DNA from: Phoronis australis
Taxonomy: Eukaryota; Animalia; Phoronida
Assembly (NCBI GenBank): GCA_002633005.1
Contig: NMRA01000065.1
Location: forward strand, 1,140,555 to 1,204,554
DNA: 64,000 nt
Direction of reading: 5' to 3'
The notes under the pieces were generated by a model. The model saw only the letters and a program-made list of their open reading frames with translations, was not told the DNA's origin and searched no databases. Shown in pieces: positions 1 through 13,544 of this stretch. The translations under genes and the position numbers were made by a program. How positions within the stretch are numbered: position 1 is the first letter of the stretch; every line of letters starts with the position of its first letter.

Positions 1-2254
1 ACTCTCAGTCGGTTGAGTGTCGCTGCCAACTGCAATCTTCTTCAGACATATCCCTTGTTATCAACGAGATGTATATGGAACGTATCCAAGAACTTGTGGT
101 TCAAACCATAGACAAACTAACCAAAGAAAGAGGTCCTATCTACATCACTTCCAAGACAGTTACATCCACATCCCCAAAGATGGCGATACTGGTGAGGAGC
201 GGATACAATGGAGTCATACCTGGACGCCTTTCAATCAGATATTTTGGTAAGATGAAATTGCTGATGTCATCGTTTCCGAGATTTTCGTATTTCTCAAAAT
301 TCAAAGGGTTGGCATTTAGCATAGTAGTCAAGCTGTAGGCATCACAAAAGGACTTTTCAAAAAGTTGAGGATGGCGTTTAGTCAAACTGACAATTTTTAG
401 TTAACCAAGCATTGCTATAAGCCACTTCGTAAGCAAATCATGCGCAATATAGACAGTGAGCTTCTCATGAGTCGAAGGTGAGTGAACAGCATGCTGCTGT
501 GTTTGAGGAGCTGGAGTGAGTATTATGATTGTATTGTGCTATAAGTTACCAAAAGCTTTAGATATGTCATGTACTAAAGTGGTTGAGTTAAATGATGCAT
601 GGACATTTCAAAAATAAAATTCAGAAAATTAGATGATGGCCCTTTAGCCAAACGTAAACATTAATCCAAAGAAATACAAGTAATTGATGAACATCTTTTC
701 AGCAAGCTCTCCAGTGACATTGAGGTGTTCTCCCTCAGAGATCTCAGAGACACCAGTGATACTACCAGAGACAACTCCAATGGAACTACGGACATCAGCA
801 CCCTCTGGTGGAGACTGGAGTAAACACACAACTATTCAATCAAATCAACAACCTGGTCAAACCTACATGCCAGGTGAATACGAGAAGTGCGAAACACAAA
901 ACAAGAGGGCTGATGATACTTGACAAAGCTTTTGTAACAATCGACCATTTGCGGTATAACACATACCAGGTCTCAAAACTGTTGCAATTTCAAGTGTTGT
1001 CTAACAATATGCCTTCAGTCAAACCCATGAGTTAAGTATTTAGCTCACTGGTCAAATACTGCCACTCAAAAACAACGATGTTTTTATTATTGTATTATTT
1101 AGTATTTAGCATCTTCTAACAAGCTACTATAGCTATAACAAATAGGCCTTCATTTATGTTTTCAAAAGCTCAAATGGCTCAATATGATGGCAAAGTTTTA
1201 ATTTGATTAGGAGATGAAGCAAGCTTGGAAATGTTATTGAAGAATAATGACAAAAAAAAATGTTGTGCAATCTACCTTATTTTCAAATTTCTTCCCTTCT
1301 AGTGGCCTCTTACTTGGGTGTTCTAATAGGACTGGCCCTCAGCTTGCTCTCAATGGCAATTTTGATAACATTCATCATAATCAAAAAGTAAGTAGCCCAT
1401 GCCAACATTTAGCTCAAACTTCCGCAATATTATCAACATTTACTCACAAGCATTGCTTGCTATAAGGTAGACAATAGTCTGAATAGTTGGACACTGTTGT
1501 GTTAACATTGGAGTTGACTATGTGAATTAAGTGATCATAAATAATATGCACATGACAATATTTACACCAAGGTTCTCATGTCAGCCATTACAAGAACTAT
1601 AGCAGTTATTCAGGAAGCCAATCATGCACTTACTTCCAAATGCATGTAGGAGATAGCTAATATAGAAGTTAGAACAATCAAGCTTAAACTTCCTTCTAAT
1701 TTTATTACAGGAAGCCTACAGGATGCAAATGCAAACGACGAAAAAAGGCACCATCGAAAAAGTTTGTAACACATACGCCACCAACAATATCAAAAGTGGA
1801 CATTGGTGATCCCCAACTCTCCCTTGGCAATGGGCAAATAAGAGGCCAGTCAAACACAGGATATGAAATCAGTGAATATGATGACGACAGTTTTGAGGAG
1901 TATGACTCGGACTTTGATGGCGACTTCAGTGACCGACAGACCAGTGAGACCACAGCCAGCGAGGACTACCTAGTGCCAGTGGGCCACACAACAAAACACA
2001 GTGATGGCCGCCAGCAAGCACAAGTGACAGAACAGTGTTTGGCAGATAGAAAGGCAGATCCAGTAACATACCATGAGTATGGCCATAATGGGGAGGAGCC
2101 AATATATGAAGTCATAGAGGAAGACTGTTCAAGCGACAGTTTACGGAGGCGTCAGAGCGCAGCAGAAGCATACATTAAGTCTAAGGAGGTTACAGCGATG
2201 ACCGTGCGAGAACGTCCTGAGACTATTGACACATATGATGTGACGCAACTGTAG
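1..2254 (+). CDS. Receptor gene 1 (5'-truncated by window): CUB-like domain, stalk, TM, Tyr-rich tail. Exons <1-246, 703-873, 1303-1387, 1711-2254
   Basis: All introns are GT-AG with phases 1,1,2. First exon reads ..ECRCQL..GRLSIRYF, matching the paralog CUB-like exons. Stalk exon starts ASSPVTLRC. TM exon is VASYLGVLIGLALSLLSMAILITFIIIKK. Tail has EDYLVP, EPIYEVI, TYDVTQL*. AATAAA follows at 2258. Confidence 0.85.
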
Positions 2255-2589
2255 TGCAATAAACTATGTGTCTATATAGATATATTGATGACAATACTTG
2301 ACCCACTTTGATATTAAATATAACACAAAATACAATAAAATATAAAACAATATGACAGGAAGCAATTTCATGGATTACAGTAACTGCTGAAGTAAGGTAT
2401 TAAAAAAACTTTAAAAATAGTTGCAGGTTTTCAACAACTGTAACCTTAAAAAGAGCAAACAGTCTGCTGCTTATCAATAAGGGCAGCAGCTAATCAATAT
2501 TTGCACAACACCTGAAATATCTTTAAAATATACCAATTGTACATTCATAATGAATTCTTAAATTCCTTAGACTTCAAATAGGTGAATAA

Positions 2590-2759
2590 AACAACAAGAA
2601 TGGATCAACTGAAATTTTCAGATGTAATAACGTCCTTTGTCAACAGAAACAGAAATAACGCAAAATATATTATTATTATTATATTTTGCGTTATTTCTGT
2701 TTCTGTTGACAAAGGACATTATTACATCCGAAAATTTCAGTTGATCCATTCTTGTTGTT
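2590..2759. repeat. Near-perfect palindrome (about 80-bp arms), foldback/MITE-like
   Basis: AACAACAAGAATGGATCAACTGAAATTTTC...GCAAAATATA, a short TTA loop, then its reverse complement. Confidence 0.9.
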
Positions 2760-4795
2760 ATAAGTACCTATTTGTATTCTACATTTCGTGAAACAATAGC
2801 ATCCTTGGGAGGATCTGGATTGCCTTATTTAGTTTCAGAGTTATTTTCTACGTTATTAGACTTCAAAAAACCTAACACTCACAGAACAGCAAAAACTGCA
2901 AAATTTGGGGCAAAATCATTCACAAAAAGAGGATGATTAGATTGTAGACACTAACCTACTGATTGTAGTCACTGACCTACTGATTTTGTAATTACGCAAT
3001 GCTATCCAAAATATTCAAAAGGAAACATTTTACCCAAGTATAATTAACTTGTAATTTTCTAATAAATCTGCAATAAACACACATTCAGTCAAAGAAACAA
3101 GCTTTTGATGGTCAGTGATTAGCACGGTCTCTTGACACTTGGCATATGCAAAATGTGAGTTAAATTCTCGTCAAAAGCCACAAAAATTGTGCCCTAGGCT
3201 CACTATTCTCATGCTACTTTGTGTTCAGTTTTGTATTCCTTCAAGGATTGTAGTAGCAGATGTTAATTTTTAAAATGAAAATTCAAAAACATAATATATT
3301 TTGCGTTATTTAATGATACTGAATCTGGTGCATCAATTCAAAACAGCGATGCAGTCTCAATTATCTTTCAGCATTCACAGGTCACCTTCATAATCCATCA
3401 TCACCACCAATAAGTTCAGTTACCATTCAATTTCTCAAAGTGTTACTGACTCCTCAGGCATTGTGTAGTTATACTCTGAACCTATCGACTCTTGAGAGAA
3501 ATATTATTTATAGCAAAAGGCAAAGAACAAACTATCAGAGCAACATTTTCAGTTTGAAAATACCACTTAGCTAAAATTGAAAGAAATCTTGATACCTATG
3601 ACTAAGACTATTGAACAAAGATGTTGAATAAATCAAAATTGTTTTCACTGTTATGAACAATGTTGTACTTATTAATGGGATTCTCAATAGTAACTTAGTT
3701 TAAATAAAAAAGCTTACTTTAAAATCATTTTTACAACAACTTTTAATGTAATTTCTTCATGAATCAAGCCGTTTGTTTAAAACTATAAAAACATTTTAAG
3801 AATGCAGAGAACAACAAGCCACCTCAAATCAGACTGATGAGCACTGAGCACCTGAACAGTTGCCATGGCAACCAGCTTGTAGCACATTAACCTGGCAATA
3901 TCAACCAATAGGACACTGTCAAATGTGCTTTGATGCTCACAGCAGATTAGTCATAGTTTCAGCACAAGATATATGACATTACGGAGAAATGGAATCCATT
4001 ATGAGAAGCAGTTCTGGAGTTGCATTGCAGGAACAATAACAAGTTCTTCAGCCATTATTCAGTTCCCTGAGGTGAGTTCATTGCATTGTCAGAACTAAAA
4101 TTTGTACCTATTACAAATTTCACAGTTGAATCTCATATCATTGGATCTTGTTTGTTCCCGGTTCATTGTCAATCCAACATGGCAGACAATGCTTTTAATT
4201 GCCACTTGTGGAACACTACAGCACCACTCTGATTCAGCAGTTTTTACCCACAATACTGTGCATTTGTAGGGCATTAAACCCACACTTCAGCTTGCCTTGA
4301 TGCCAATAAGTTTTTCTGTTGCATGGTGAGTTTCATGGTGAGACATCTTTTCCAACTGATCATAGATGCTAGCATCTAACTTTTGAAAACTACATCAATC
4401 ATAGAATTTATTTTCTACCTTTGGAAAAAGTAGACTTAGATCTGGAAAATAACCTTTGACCTAACAATATCCTCATACGATACAGGATGGACGGCCAGTT
4501 ACTACCTAATCATGGCTGCCTCAAGTGAGCTAATTAGCGGAAATCAGCCACTGCTTGTCGTTTTGAGACCAAAATTTGCAATCAACCAAACTAAAGGTGC
4601 AGTGAATATCTTTTACAGGACATGAGACATAAGCAGTTGGTGGATTAGGAAGAACTACAGGAAACCACACATATCCTCCACTGACACCACTGGCAATATT
4701 TAATTAGACAAAATAACAGATAATTGTCATCTTCACCAAACTGCCCAGAGAGTGGACGAGAAATGGTGGCTTACCAGGATCTTACTACAAAGAAA

Positions 4796-7700
4796 ATGTC
4801 TTGGATATTGATTTTACTGACAGTGTGGACAAGTGTAGACATCACGCACACTAGAGGTAAGATCTTAACATAATGGAGGACCCTAGAAGAATGGCCATAT
4901 TTTTCTAACTTTGGAAATCATAATTCTAGGAAATAGCCGATTGGATTCATAAAAAATTCAGATATTATTCTTTATACACTGCTTAGCACTGTTCTCCAAA
5001 GCGGTGTTAGAAAGGAATTGTTTTAAAGTGTTCCACTTGTACATGAGGGGCTATCAAAAATGGAATTTCATAAATAAAAACAAAATGATATCACAGAAAA
5101 CTGTAACAGCGTTTTTGACATTTCAGATTGAAAAATTAAATTTGGTCAAGAGCGTTAACTTTGTTTTTTGCTACATTTATTCAAAATACATGGTCACATG
5201 ACCCAGTAAATAGAAGATTGAAAATTTCATAAATCAAATTCTACTGGCTTTCTACTTTGAGAAAATATGTACTTTTATGGAGCTAAAATCAAATGACAGC
5301 AGAGTTCAGGTAAAGTAGGGTAAAGTTTTGTTTTAAATTTTATTCTTCAACAATATACACAAATAATTTTTTCAAAGGGTGAAAGGGTGAACAAGGAAAA
5401 GGGGTAAGGACTTTCACTCACACACTCACACACTCATTCACACACTTCATCACTTAATAATAATACCACTGAACAATATATGATACAGATACTACAGATT
5501 CATTGCATGGCAGCACTGAGGCACATTTTAATATTAATGTTGTCTGGTTCCTTTTGTTTTTGAAAATTAAATATTGTAATTTTAATATATTTTGACATGA
5601 ATAACTTAAGGGCAGACCAATCTGGATGCATCTGCTGCTGGCTAAGTAAATAAATAAAATATTGGGCAATAGTGATAACATAATTAATCAACAGGGAGAA
5701 TTCATTCTTGGTTATTCTGATGTCTTCCTCAAAGGAAGATGACAAAATATCCTGAACATTAATCAACAATCTTGGCACTACACCACAATGGAAAAATATG
5801 TTCAGTATTCTGTACTAGATTACAATAGGGGCATTTATCTGAATTAACAATCTTCATCTTATATAACAAAGAGTTAGTATACACTCAGTTATGTAACAAC
5901 ATATACTTAAAAATTTAATGATTTAATGCATGGATCGAGGGGAAGTGTAAAAGGCAAGGAATAAATTTTTCGGATATTTTGTTTGGAATAATGCTGCAAC
6001 AATTTTTCATAATTGTCTGGTTTTTTGCAATATTTTTGTAACAAAATACTCTTGATTATTCTTTTGCAATTTTATTGTTGCAGCCAACCAATCGCTGATG
6101 ACCTTGATCAATTTTTCTAGATAAAATAATACATATTGAATTAAAACTTAGAATTTGAGAATTTAACAATATTTATTTTGCCTTGAGCACCTCACACGAT
6201 AAAAGCTTATTTTCAGCATCAAGAAATTCATTGATGAAACATAGTCCATTCTTAGCAAACTCTTTATAATATAGTGACTTATTATAAAGTGTTATCTCCC
6301 TGTTATACCATATAATCTGATCACAAACAGGTACATCTTTAAAAGCCTTATGATTCAACTGCTCACTCACTGACAAAACCTCTCTATAAAAATCATCATT
6401 TACCGTTCTAAATAGTTTGCTTACTTTAAAATTACATGACCACAACAGTTCACCACCATAATTCTTGAGCATATGTTGTGGATAACACTTCCAACTTCCA
6501 CATTCTGGAGACTGAAGTCTTTTAACCCAGTGGACTAAAAGGCCTTCCTTTATAAGGGTCATGTCAGGAACTTTTAAACCACCATCTTCATGAGAGGTCA
6601 TTGCAATGCTTTTCTTTATTTTAGGTGGTTTCCCTGCCCAAATAAAATCATTCAAAATGTTGTCTATTCGTTTGCACAAATCCCTTGTCAATCCAAGGAC
6701 AGATATAACATGAATCAATTTGGATAACGCAAAAGCTTTAGTTATGATAATTCTTCCCTTAATTGCTAATTTTCTTGTTTTCCAAATACTTAGAACTTTC
6801 CTAAGTTCCGAATTTTTGCCCATTTTTTCTTTTTGATATTTACCGAAGTAAACGCCCAGACATTTAATATTTCTTTTTGGCCATTTTATATCACACATTT
6901 TCTTAAGTTCAGACTGGTGGCCTACTAAAAAACATTCCTTTGCATTTTCGCCTATTTAATTTAAGATCAGACTGTCACCAAATCTTGTGAGAAATTTAAA
7001 GCATTCTGTTCCCGACATTTCATCCTGGGGTTAGTTCTAATGTAATGACTCATGAACTCCACACATAGTATAAACAGTTGACTACTTACGGGGTCCCCTT
7101 GACGAAGGCCTCTCTTAACATTAAAATAACCACATGTAAATCCGTTGTTTTGAACACAAGACATAATATCATTATATATTGTTTTCACACGTTGAATAAA
7201 TTTGGGACCAAATTTAAAGGCCAGAAGGGTTTTCTGAAGAAAGGACCAATTTAAAGTCATACGCTTTCATAAAATCTAAGAGTACAATTTGTCCATTGAG
7301 ATTATTATTTGTATAATACGATATTATGTCCTGTATTAATCTAATATTTTGACCAATAAATCGTTTTGAAACAGACGTTTGGTCTGGATGAATAAGCTTA
7401 TGAATGTACTTATTTAGTCGGTTGGCAATAACCTTTGTAAGTTGTTAGTTGGCACATTTAAATTGAATTCATAATGGTTTATGGAATTGGACTTTTGCAT
7501 TTTCAATACAAAATCTTCTCTGGTTGCTTATAAGTCAGGCGATGTTCGGCCAGCACAAATTGCCAAACAACAATCAAATGGATTTTAAACAAACCTGTTG
7601 CAAATGTCATTATTTTTATTGACATACTTTACACGGGTAGGTATAGCACAGCTCAGACATCAATAAAAAAACTATACCATGAAAACATGGGCAAGGTAAG

Positions 7701-10700
7701 GTCATGAATTTGACAACACAACGAGACTCCATTCCATTTTGTTTAGCTTACAACATTTTGAAGACTTCACCGAACCGCATTCAGTCGGGGTTTAAAAATA
7801 TCTCCGTGCTAATCTGACCTTGAATTACTGCCCTAAGAGCTAGCAATACAGTCAAAGACTGCACCATTTTCTTTTGAATTTGTGATTACAAGGTGGCCAA
7901 ATGCAATAAAGGGTGTGTGTGTACATTGTTGTTCGACTGTATTTGAGTTTGTATAAATATCATTTTTTCAGTGAGGCCTGGAATATGTTGCAAGTAGTTT
8001 ATCACGTTCAATCCACCATCTTTTTGATCACATCACGTGACCTAATGAATATAAGTCCGAAAAGATTTCTGCCCCGGACCGAGACGCCAACCCAGGACCT
8101 TCTGATAACCGTGCAGACGCTCTAGCCACTGAACAATCAGGACCACTGGTAAAATAAAGAAATCCGATCCATAGAGATTATGGGTTAAGATGTCCACTAC
8201 TAAGTCTGTGTTTGACCAGTGGTCCCGATGGCTCAGTGGCTAGAGCATCTGCACTATTAGATGAAGGATGAAGGTCCTGGGTTCGCGTCCTGGTCAGGGG
8301 CAGAAATTTTTTCGGACTTATAGTCATTAGGTCACGTGATGCGATCAAAAAGATGGTGGATTGAACGGGATAAACTACTTGCAATGTAATTGAGTTGATT
8401 GAAACTTTCCATCAAGAAATGTATAGTTGACATAGAACGAGAACTTTCTCCGAGTAAAACATGACGACATTTATTGAACCTGTGGTGTAAATTTGAGGCA
8501 AGACAAATTCAGCATGCAATGTGCCCTGTAAAGAGTGTAGTGTGAATAAGACTCTATGGCTGTTACGTGTTTCAGAGCTGTATGGGTACCAGATCAAAAC
8601 ATCAGAGAGGTGTATACTAGACCCAGACAGACACCTGAAGCTAGAGTGTTCTTATGGGAACATCTTCATTGTGTCTGGCAGCTATGGTCTGGATGATTGT
8701 GATGGTGATCCTACCACAGTCTGGTCTCTAGCCTGCTTGTTGCCCCTCGCGCGACACCAACAGCAGTTGTACCAGAAGATTGTCCAACTGTGCTCTGGGG
8801 AGAGGGACTGTGACGCCATACAAGTGAGCCAGATAGGTCTGCCTAACAGGTGTCGCCAGCCAGGTGACCCAAACACACAGTACAGTAACTACCTGAGACT
8901 GAACTACATTTGTGTGCCAGGTATGGGGTAGTGTTAAAGAATGTAGACCTTTTCGTTGACGCTGTTACTGGTGTTGATTATTTGTCCAGTTTAAAGTCCA
9001 TGCTTGATTACAACCCAACACAAAAAATCCAAATGCTCACCACCCCTGATATTTTAGTTCCCAATTTAAGCACCATGGTTGGTAACCAAGGAAATGTACA
9101 GCAGCTCAAGGTGACAAGCAAGTGAAAAAAATTATTCTACCTTTCGTTTTCTCACAAAATTTAAGTAGCACCAAATAAATACATTATCACTTTGAAGTTC
9201 TATACACTAGTTACCATCAAGCAGACAATGCTTGGATGAATTGTGGGTAATAACAATAATGGTAGGAGGCTTTAAACAGATCAGTTTTGGTAACTATAGT
9301 GGTCCAAACTAGGTGAGATTTTAGTCTATCAAGTTTGCAGTACAAGAAATGCATGCTGAAATGGCTTTAGGTTCCATTTCTGTAACTTTGAAACTAATAT
9401 GGAATAGTGCTTCCTGAAGAAAACCTCAGTCACATAGCACAAATCCTTCTATATTGAACCCTATTCCACTCTGATGGTGTCTGAGATCTAACAACCACTG
9501 ACCTACTTTTCCAGATTCCCAGTACAGAAGAATCACACAGGTGTCAAACTTTACCTTCAAAAAACGTGGGGTCATAACAAGTTACGATTATCCAAAGCCC
9601 TTGCCTGGCATTACCATCACCCACAAGTGGCAATGCACTTTCACACCAGAGCAAAGAATGAAAGCCATTGCACTACGAATATTGGAGATGAAACTCATGG
9701 ACATTGTTAACTGCCAGCAAACAGTCATTGTGGAGTTGTACAGAAGAGTCCAGGACCACTCACCATTTCTAGTCCTGCCATACTATTGCCATTATTTGAC
9801 CAACGGTGAACCAAATGGACTGGCGAGGAAAATTACTGTCAAATTTGAAAACAGACATTCCAAGGCTGAAGGTCGGTTTGCAGTGCTCATAGCCAGTGAT
9901 TCGACTATCACTGGGAACTGCATGCAGGTGGCACCACTTGTTACAACACTGGAACCAACACATAACCCAACAACTACAACAGTGGTAACACCAACCATAG
10001 CCGAGGTAACAACAACAACAACTAGTACTACAGCAAAAACGACAACCGCAAAAAGGACATCATTGGTAACAACATTGGGATACAAAACGAGTCTCGCAAC
10101 AACAACCGAAAGAACATTAACCACAATAGATGACAGATCAACAATACCAAAGCCAACAACCACTGCCACGTCGTCTGTGAGCATGATGACAACAACGGAA
10201 CAACATGAGACCAGAACAGCTGACACTGGTAAACTGTCTACAATATCATCTGCTGTACTCACAACAATGGCACCAACTAAGAACACTGGCGAAAAGGGTA
10301 AAGTGGCAGAAATGTCAGGCAACAGCAGTAAGCAACACTTTGTTACTATTGATTCAGGTGATGGCATGACACCTCTGCCACCATGTCATGTGAGACAAAC
10401 TGTTCCCAATATACAATGTCTCATAGTAGATGAAAGGTTCCGATAAAATAATCCAAAGTGCACTAGGTATCCTATGCAGCACTGGTGTATGAGCGTGGGA
10501 AAGAACACAAGTCATCCTTTATTAAGCCTGGTTTGATGGCACAATTTACAGTCACAAGGCTGACTCGCAAACATTACCATTTGCCTCTGTTATCAACAAA
10601 AATAGAATGCAAATTACTATTTCTTTTGTTAAGAAGTCAATGTTGGCACATAATTGTTTGATGGAGTACTCAAGCTTATCAATAGAGGGCTCAAATTTGG

Positions 10701-12517
10701 AACAAAATTTCAAGTTAAAAATTGAAAAACAGCGGCAGTGGATATTTTGTGCATGTGAGCATCTCTACTTTATCAGAAGGCAACACATCTGAAAGAGACA
10801 TGCTGGACAGCAGATTTTCATGTTGCAAAAAGACTTAAGGTTATTGTGACGAACATTTAGCATTTAACCTATGATAATTTAACTTGTGATATTCATTTAA
10901 CTTGTTATATTCATTTATTGAGATACCATTAGATGCATGTTCACTTTCTTTTAGGAGACTTAATAGGTGGAATAATTGGATCTCTCATCACTGTGGTAGT
11001 CATAGCAACACTAATCACAGCTATTTTCTGGTATAGGTAAGAGATGACAATTTTCAATATCCTTAGGCCTTGTCACTATGGATACTCCTAAAGTAACCAT
11101 GGTAACCCAACAAGGATCCATTTGAAATGTTTCCCTCAAGTTGCATGACTGTGATAAAATACAAGACAAAGCTGAATCAGACGAAGTATCATTTCTCCAT
11201 CATGATGGCTAATTTTGTTAACAGCAAAAATGACTGCAAAATTGTAGTGACAGAATGGCTCAGCCACCTGGCTACCTTTCTTGTTCTCCTTCATGAGGAA
11301 AGACTACTCCGACAATGATTTTGGCACCATGAGGGGGAATTTCGCACCATGTTACATGAATACGTTTTGTGTGTATTCACATGAAAAAGTGAAAACAGTC
11401 CGAAGGTCAAACACAACAAGGGAGACAAAATGAGAAATGTACATCAAAATGTGCACAAAATACGTCAATATGCTGAAGCTGCATTTTCCTTTAATAGAGA
11501 TATAATTACGTCAATCATACTGGACGTCAACATTTCTTGTCATGATGGCATCCACTTTAAAATTCAGTAAGAACAGAGAGATAACTAGTGATTGACTTGA
11601 AGTGGTCAAAATTTGGGAAAGCTGACAAGACTTACGAGTTTCTGAAGCACCATTGACAAAAGAAATAAGAGTTTACCATATTCTATAGGAGTAGTCAGGC
11701 ACCGTTATGAACTCAATAGTTCCAACAGCTAAGCCAGCAGAAATGTATTTTCAGTTGAATTTAGTCATTGTTAGAATACTGTCAAATATCAACAAAATTT
11801 TGAGAAAAGTCAAACGATGTCTCATTATTCAGAATTCAGATTCACAGAAAACTATGTTCAGAAAACTGTTCTTTTAAGAATGTATTCAGTTTCTCAATTT
11901 AAACAATCTTTTGTGTTTCCAGGAGGCACAAAAACAATGACCAGGTGCATAGTAAGTCAGATAGCAATGACTACAATGGAGGGGAGATCTACTGTGAGCC
12001 TCATGAAGAAGACCGCTACGCCAGCTTACAAAGGGGCAAGGTTGGCCATCAATACACAACACTGGACATCCGCAACTACGGACGGCCACGACAGCCAATG
12101 AACGACAACAAATACAGCGAGCCCATAGAAAAGCTGTCTACACCTATGACCGGAGATTCATACGAGAAAGGTGCTCAACACACACAATCTCACCCGTACT
12201 CGACACATAGACACGGTCAGACGGTGAATTACAGTGGAGGCAATGCCAACAAACTCGCTATCATTGAGCCCATATACACTGAACTACCAGCAAACAACAG
12301 GCCGTACAACATGAACCAGCGTCAACTGCCAGCACTGCCAACAGCTTCACAAGCACCAGGAGTATACAGTGCACAGGCAACAACATGTGACAACCATGGA
12401 TCACCATTCGAGCCTTCTTATTTTGAGTTAGAACCGCCTACTAGCATGGTTCAAAACAACCCTACTTACACACATTCTGGGGAAGTCCCAAAACCTGAAG
12501 AAGTGATTTATTTGTGA
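4796..12517 (+). CDS. Receptor gene 2, SUEL-like lectin/CUB-like/mucin stalk/TM/Tyr tail, about 641 aa. Exons 4796-4856, 8576-8920, 9515-10357, 10955-11036, 11923-12517
   Basis: Signal peptide MSWILILLTVWTSVDITHTR (in-frame upstream ATG at 4763). Lectin exon has 8 Cys, L.LEC..I.IVSGSYG and NYLRLNYICVP. Stalk is Thr-rich. TM is LIGGIIGSLITVVVIATLITAIFWY. Joined length 1926 nt is in frame. The exon 3 donor is ambiguous (10297, 10327 or 10357, all phase 1). Confidence 0.85.
5550..7440 (-). mobile_element. Decayed L1/Tx1-clade non-LTR retrotransposon ORF2 fragment in gene 2 intron 1
   Basis: RT motifs IANRLNKYIHKLIHPDQ..RFIGQNIRLIQDII and RGLRQGDPVSSQLFILCVE, then FIWAGKPPKIKK..GGLKVPD and a C-terminal CPYC..EHIF zinc-knuckle remnant. 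Frameshifted and internally deleted. Confidence 0.88.
7987..8385. mobile_element. Inverted pair of tRNA-derived sequences (palindromic SINE pair or MITE)
   Basis: Arms at about 7987-8160 and 8204-8385 are reverse complements. The right arm begins GGTCCCGATGGCTCAGTGGCTAGAGC..GGGTTCGCGTCC, resembling Pol III A and B boxes. Confidence 0.75.
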
Positions 12518-13544
12518 CTCCACTCTCAACTATTAAAATCAGTCACAGAGCCTTTCTTTAAAAAATTTTTATATTCCTATTAGACATACTTAGAATTAAG
12601 GAAGCATAGCTATATCAAATACATGAGACATACTACTCAGAGGAAATTTGTAATTAGTTTTCAGTGTCAAACAATTTCTTGTGCTTAGAGATTGAGAAAA
12701 AGGTAATGATGTTTGCACACGCATTCAAGTGCAGGTCACTAACGTTGCGCCTATCTTAGCTGATTTGAATTTGAATCATCCCAATTTAGTACTGACAAGA
12801 AATCCAAATGTACACGGTATGCAGACATTCTCAATCAGCTGTAAAATGTGTTCCCATTAACCAGATACACTGTATTATATTAAAATCTCTAGTAATAAGT
12901 ACAATAATTTTTAAAATATTTCACACAAAAATAATTGCCAAAATCGCAATTTTCAAAAGGTGATCACCTTGCTGCAAAGAATGTCATACAATTCCCTTTG
13001 ACTATATCATGCCTGAGAAATGGAACTTTTTGAAGACTTACATATTGTTTTCAGCCATTCCTGGAATTTTATTTTCACCCAGGATATTAAACAGAGCATC
13101 TAAAACGGTTAGTGGAATAGAATAAAATTGATTTAAGTTCTAGGGTACATATGCCATGCCTTGAAAGGTGTGAGAGAGTCCAGAGGAGAAGTCACCTACG
13201 TAGGTGTCATCAAAAAACATGAAAAGTTATAGAGGAGCTATTATATGAGGTGTACTAAAATGTTGCCAGAAATAAGAATGCAAGAAAACGAATTTACTGA
13301 GAACTGATGGTATTTTTTGTAAATTATGAATCTCTTTTCTTGAGAAAGGCACAAAAAGTTGGGATAAGTGGCAGTTGATTCAAATTGCTGAGAAACAACG
13401 AACAAATTTTTTCGATTTTGCATACTCCACAGAACAAAATGTATTCTTTGTTTAATTGAAGTTTCCACCACAGAAAACAGAGAAACTGTTCTGTTACTTA
13501 ATATTCACCCTCTCGATACATCCCCTTTGTTAAACACTCCTCTC

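Noticed and set aside
3973-4071. ATG-started segment ending in GAG|GTGAGT as a possible first coding exon of gene 2
   Set aside because: Not hydrophobic and phase 0. It may be a 5' UTR exon but cannot be supported.
8221-8300. Possible tRNA gene (also tRNA-like pieces near 22330-22410 and 57635-57676)
   Set aside because: A/B-like boxes are present but no intact cloverleaf, and they sit within repeats.
9792-10367. 191-aa Val-rich minus-strand ORF (similar cases at 30572-30841, 38525-38971, 53779-54156)
   Set aside because: Antisense shadow of low-complexity plus-strand exons.
8576-12517. Assignment to latrophilin, EVA-1 or polycystin-like genes
   Set aside because: No 7TM/GAIN region, and only one lectin domain followed by a CUB-like domain; no gene symbol is justified.
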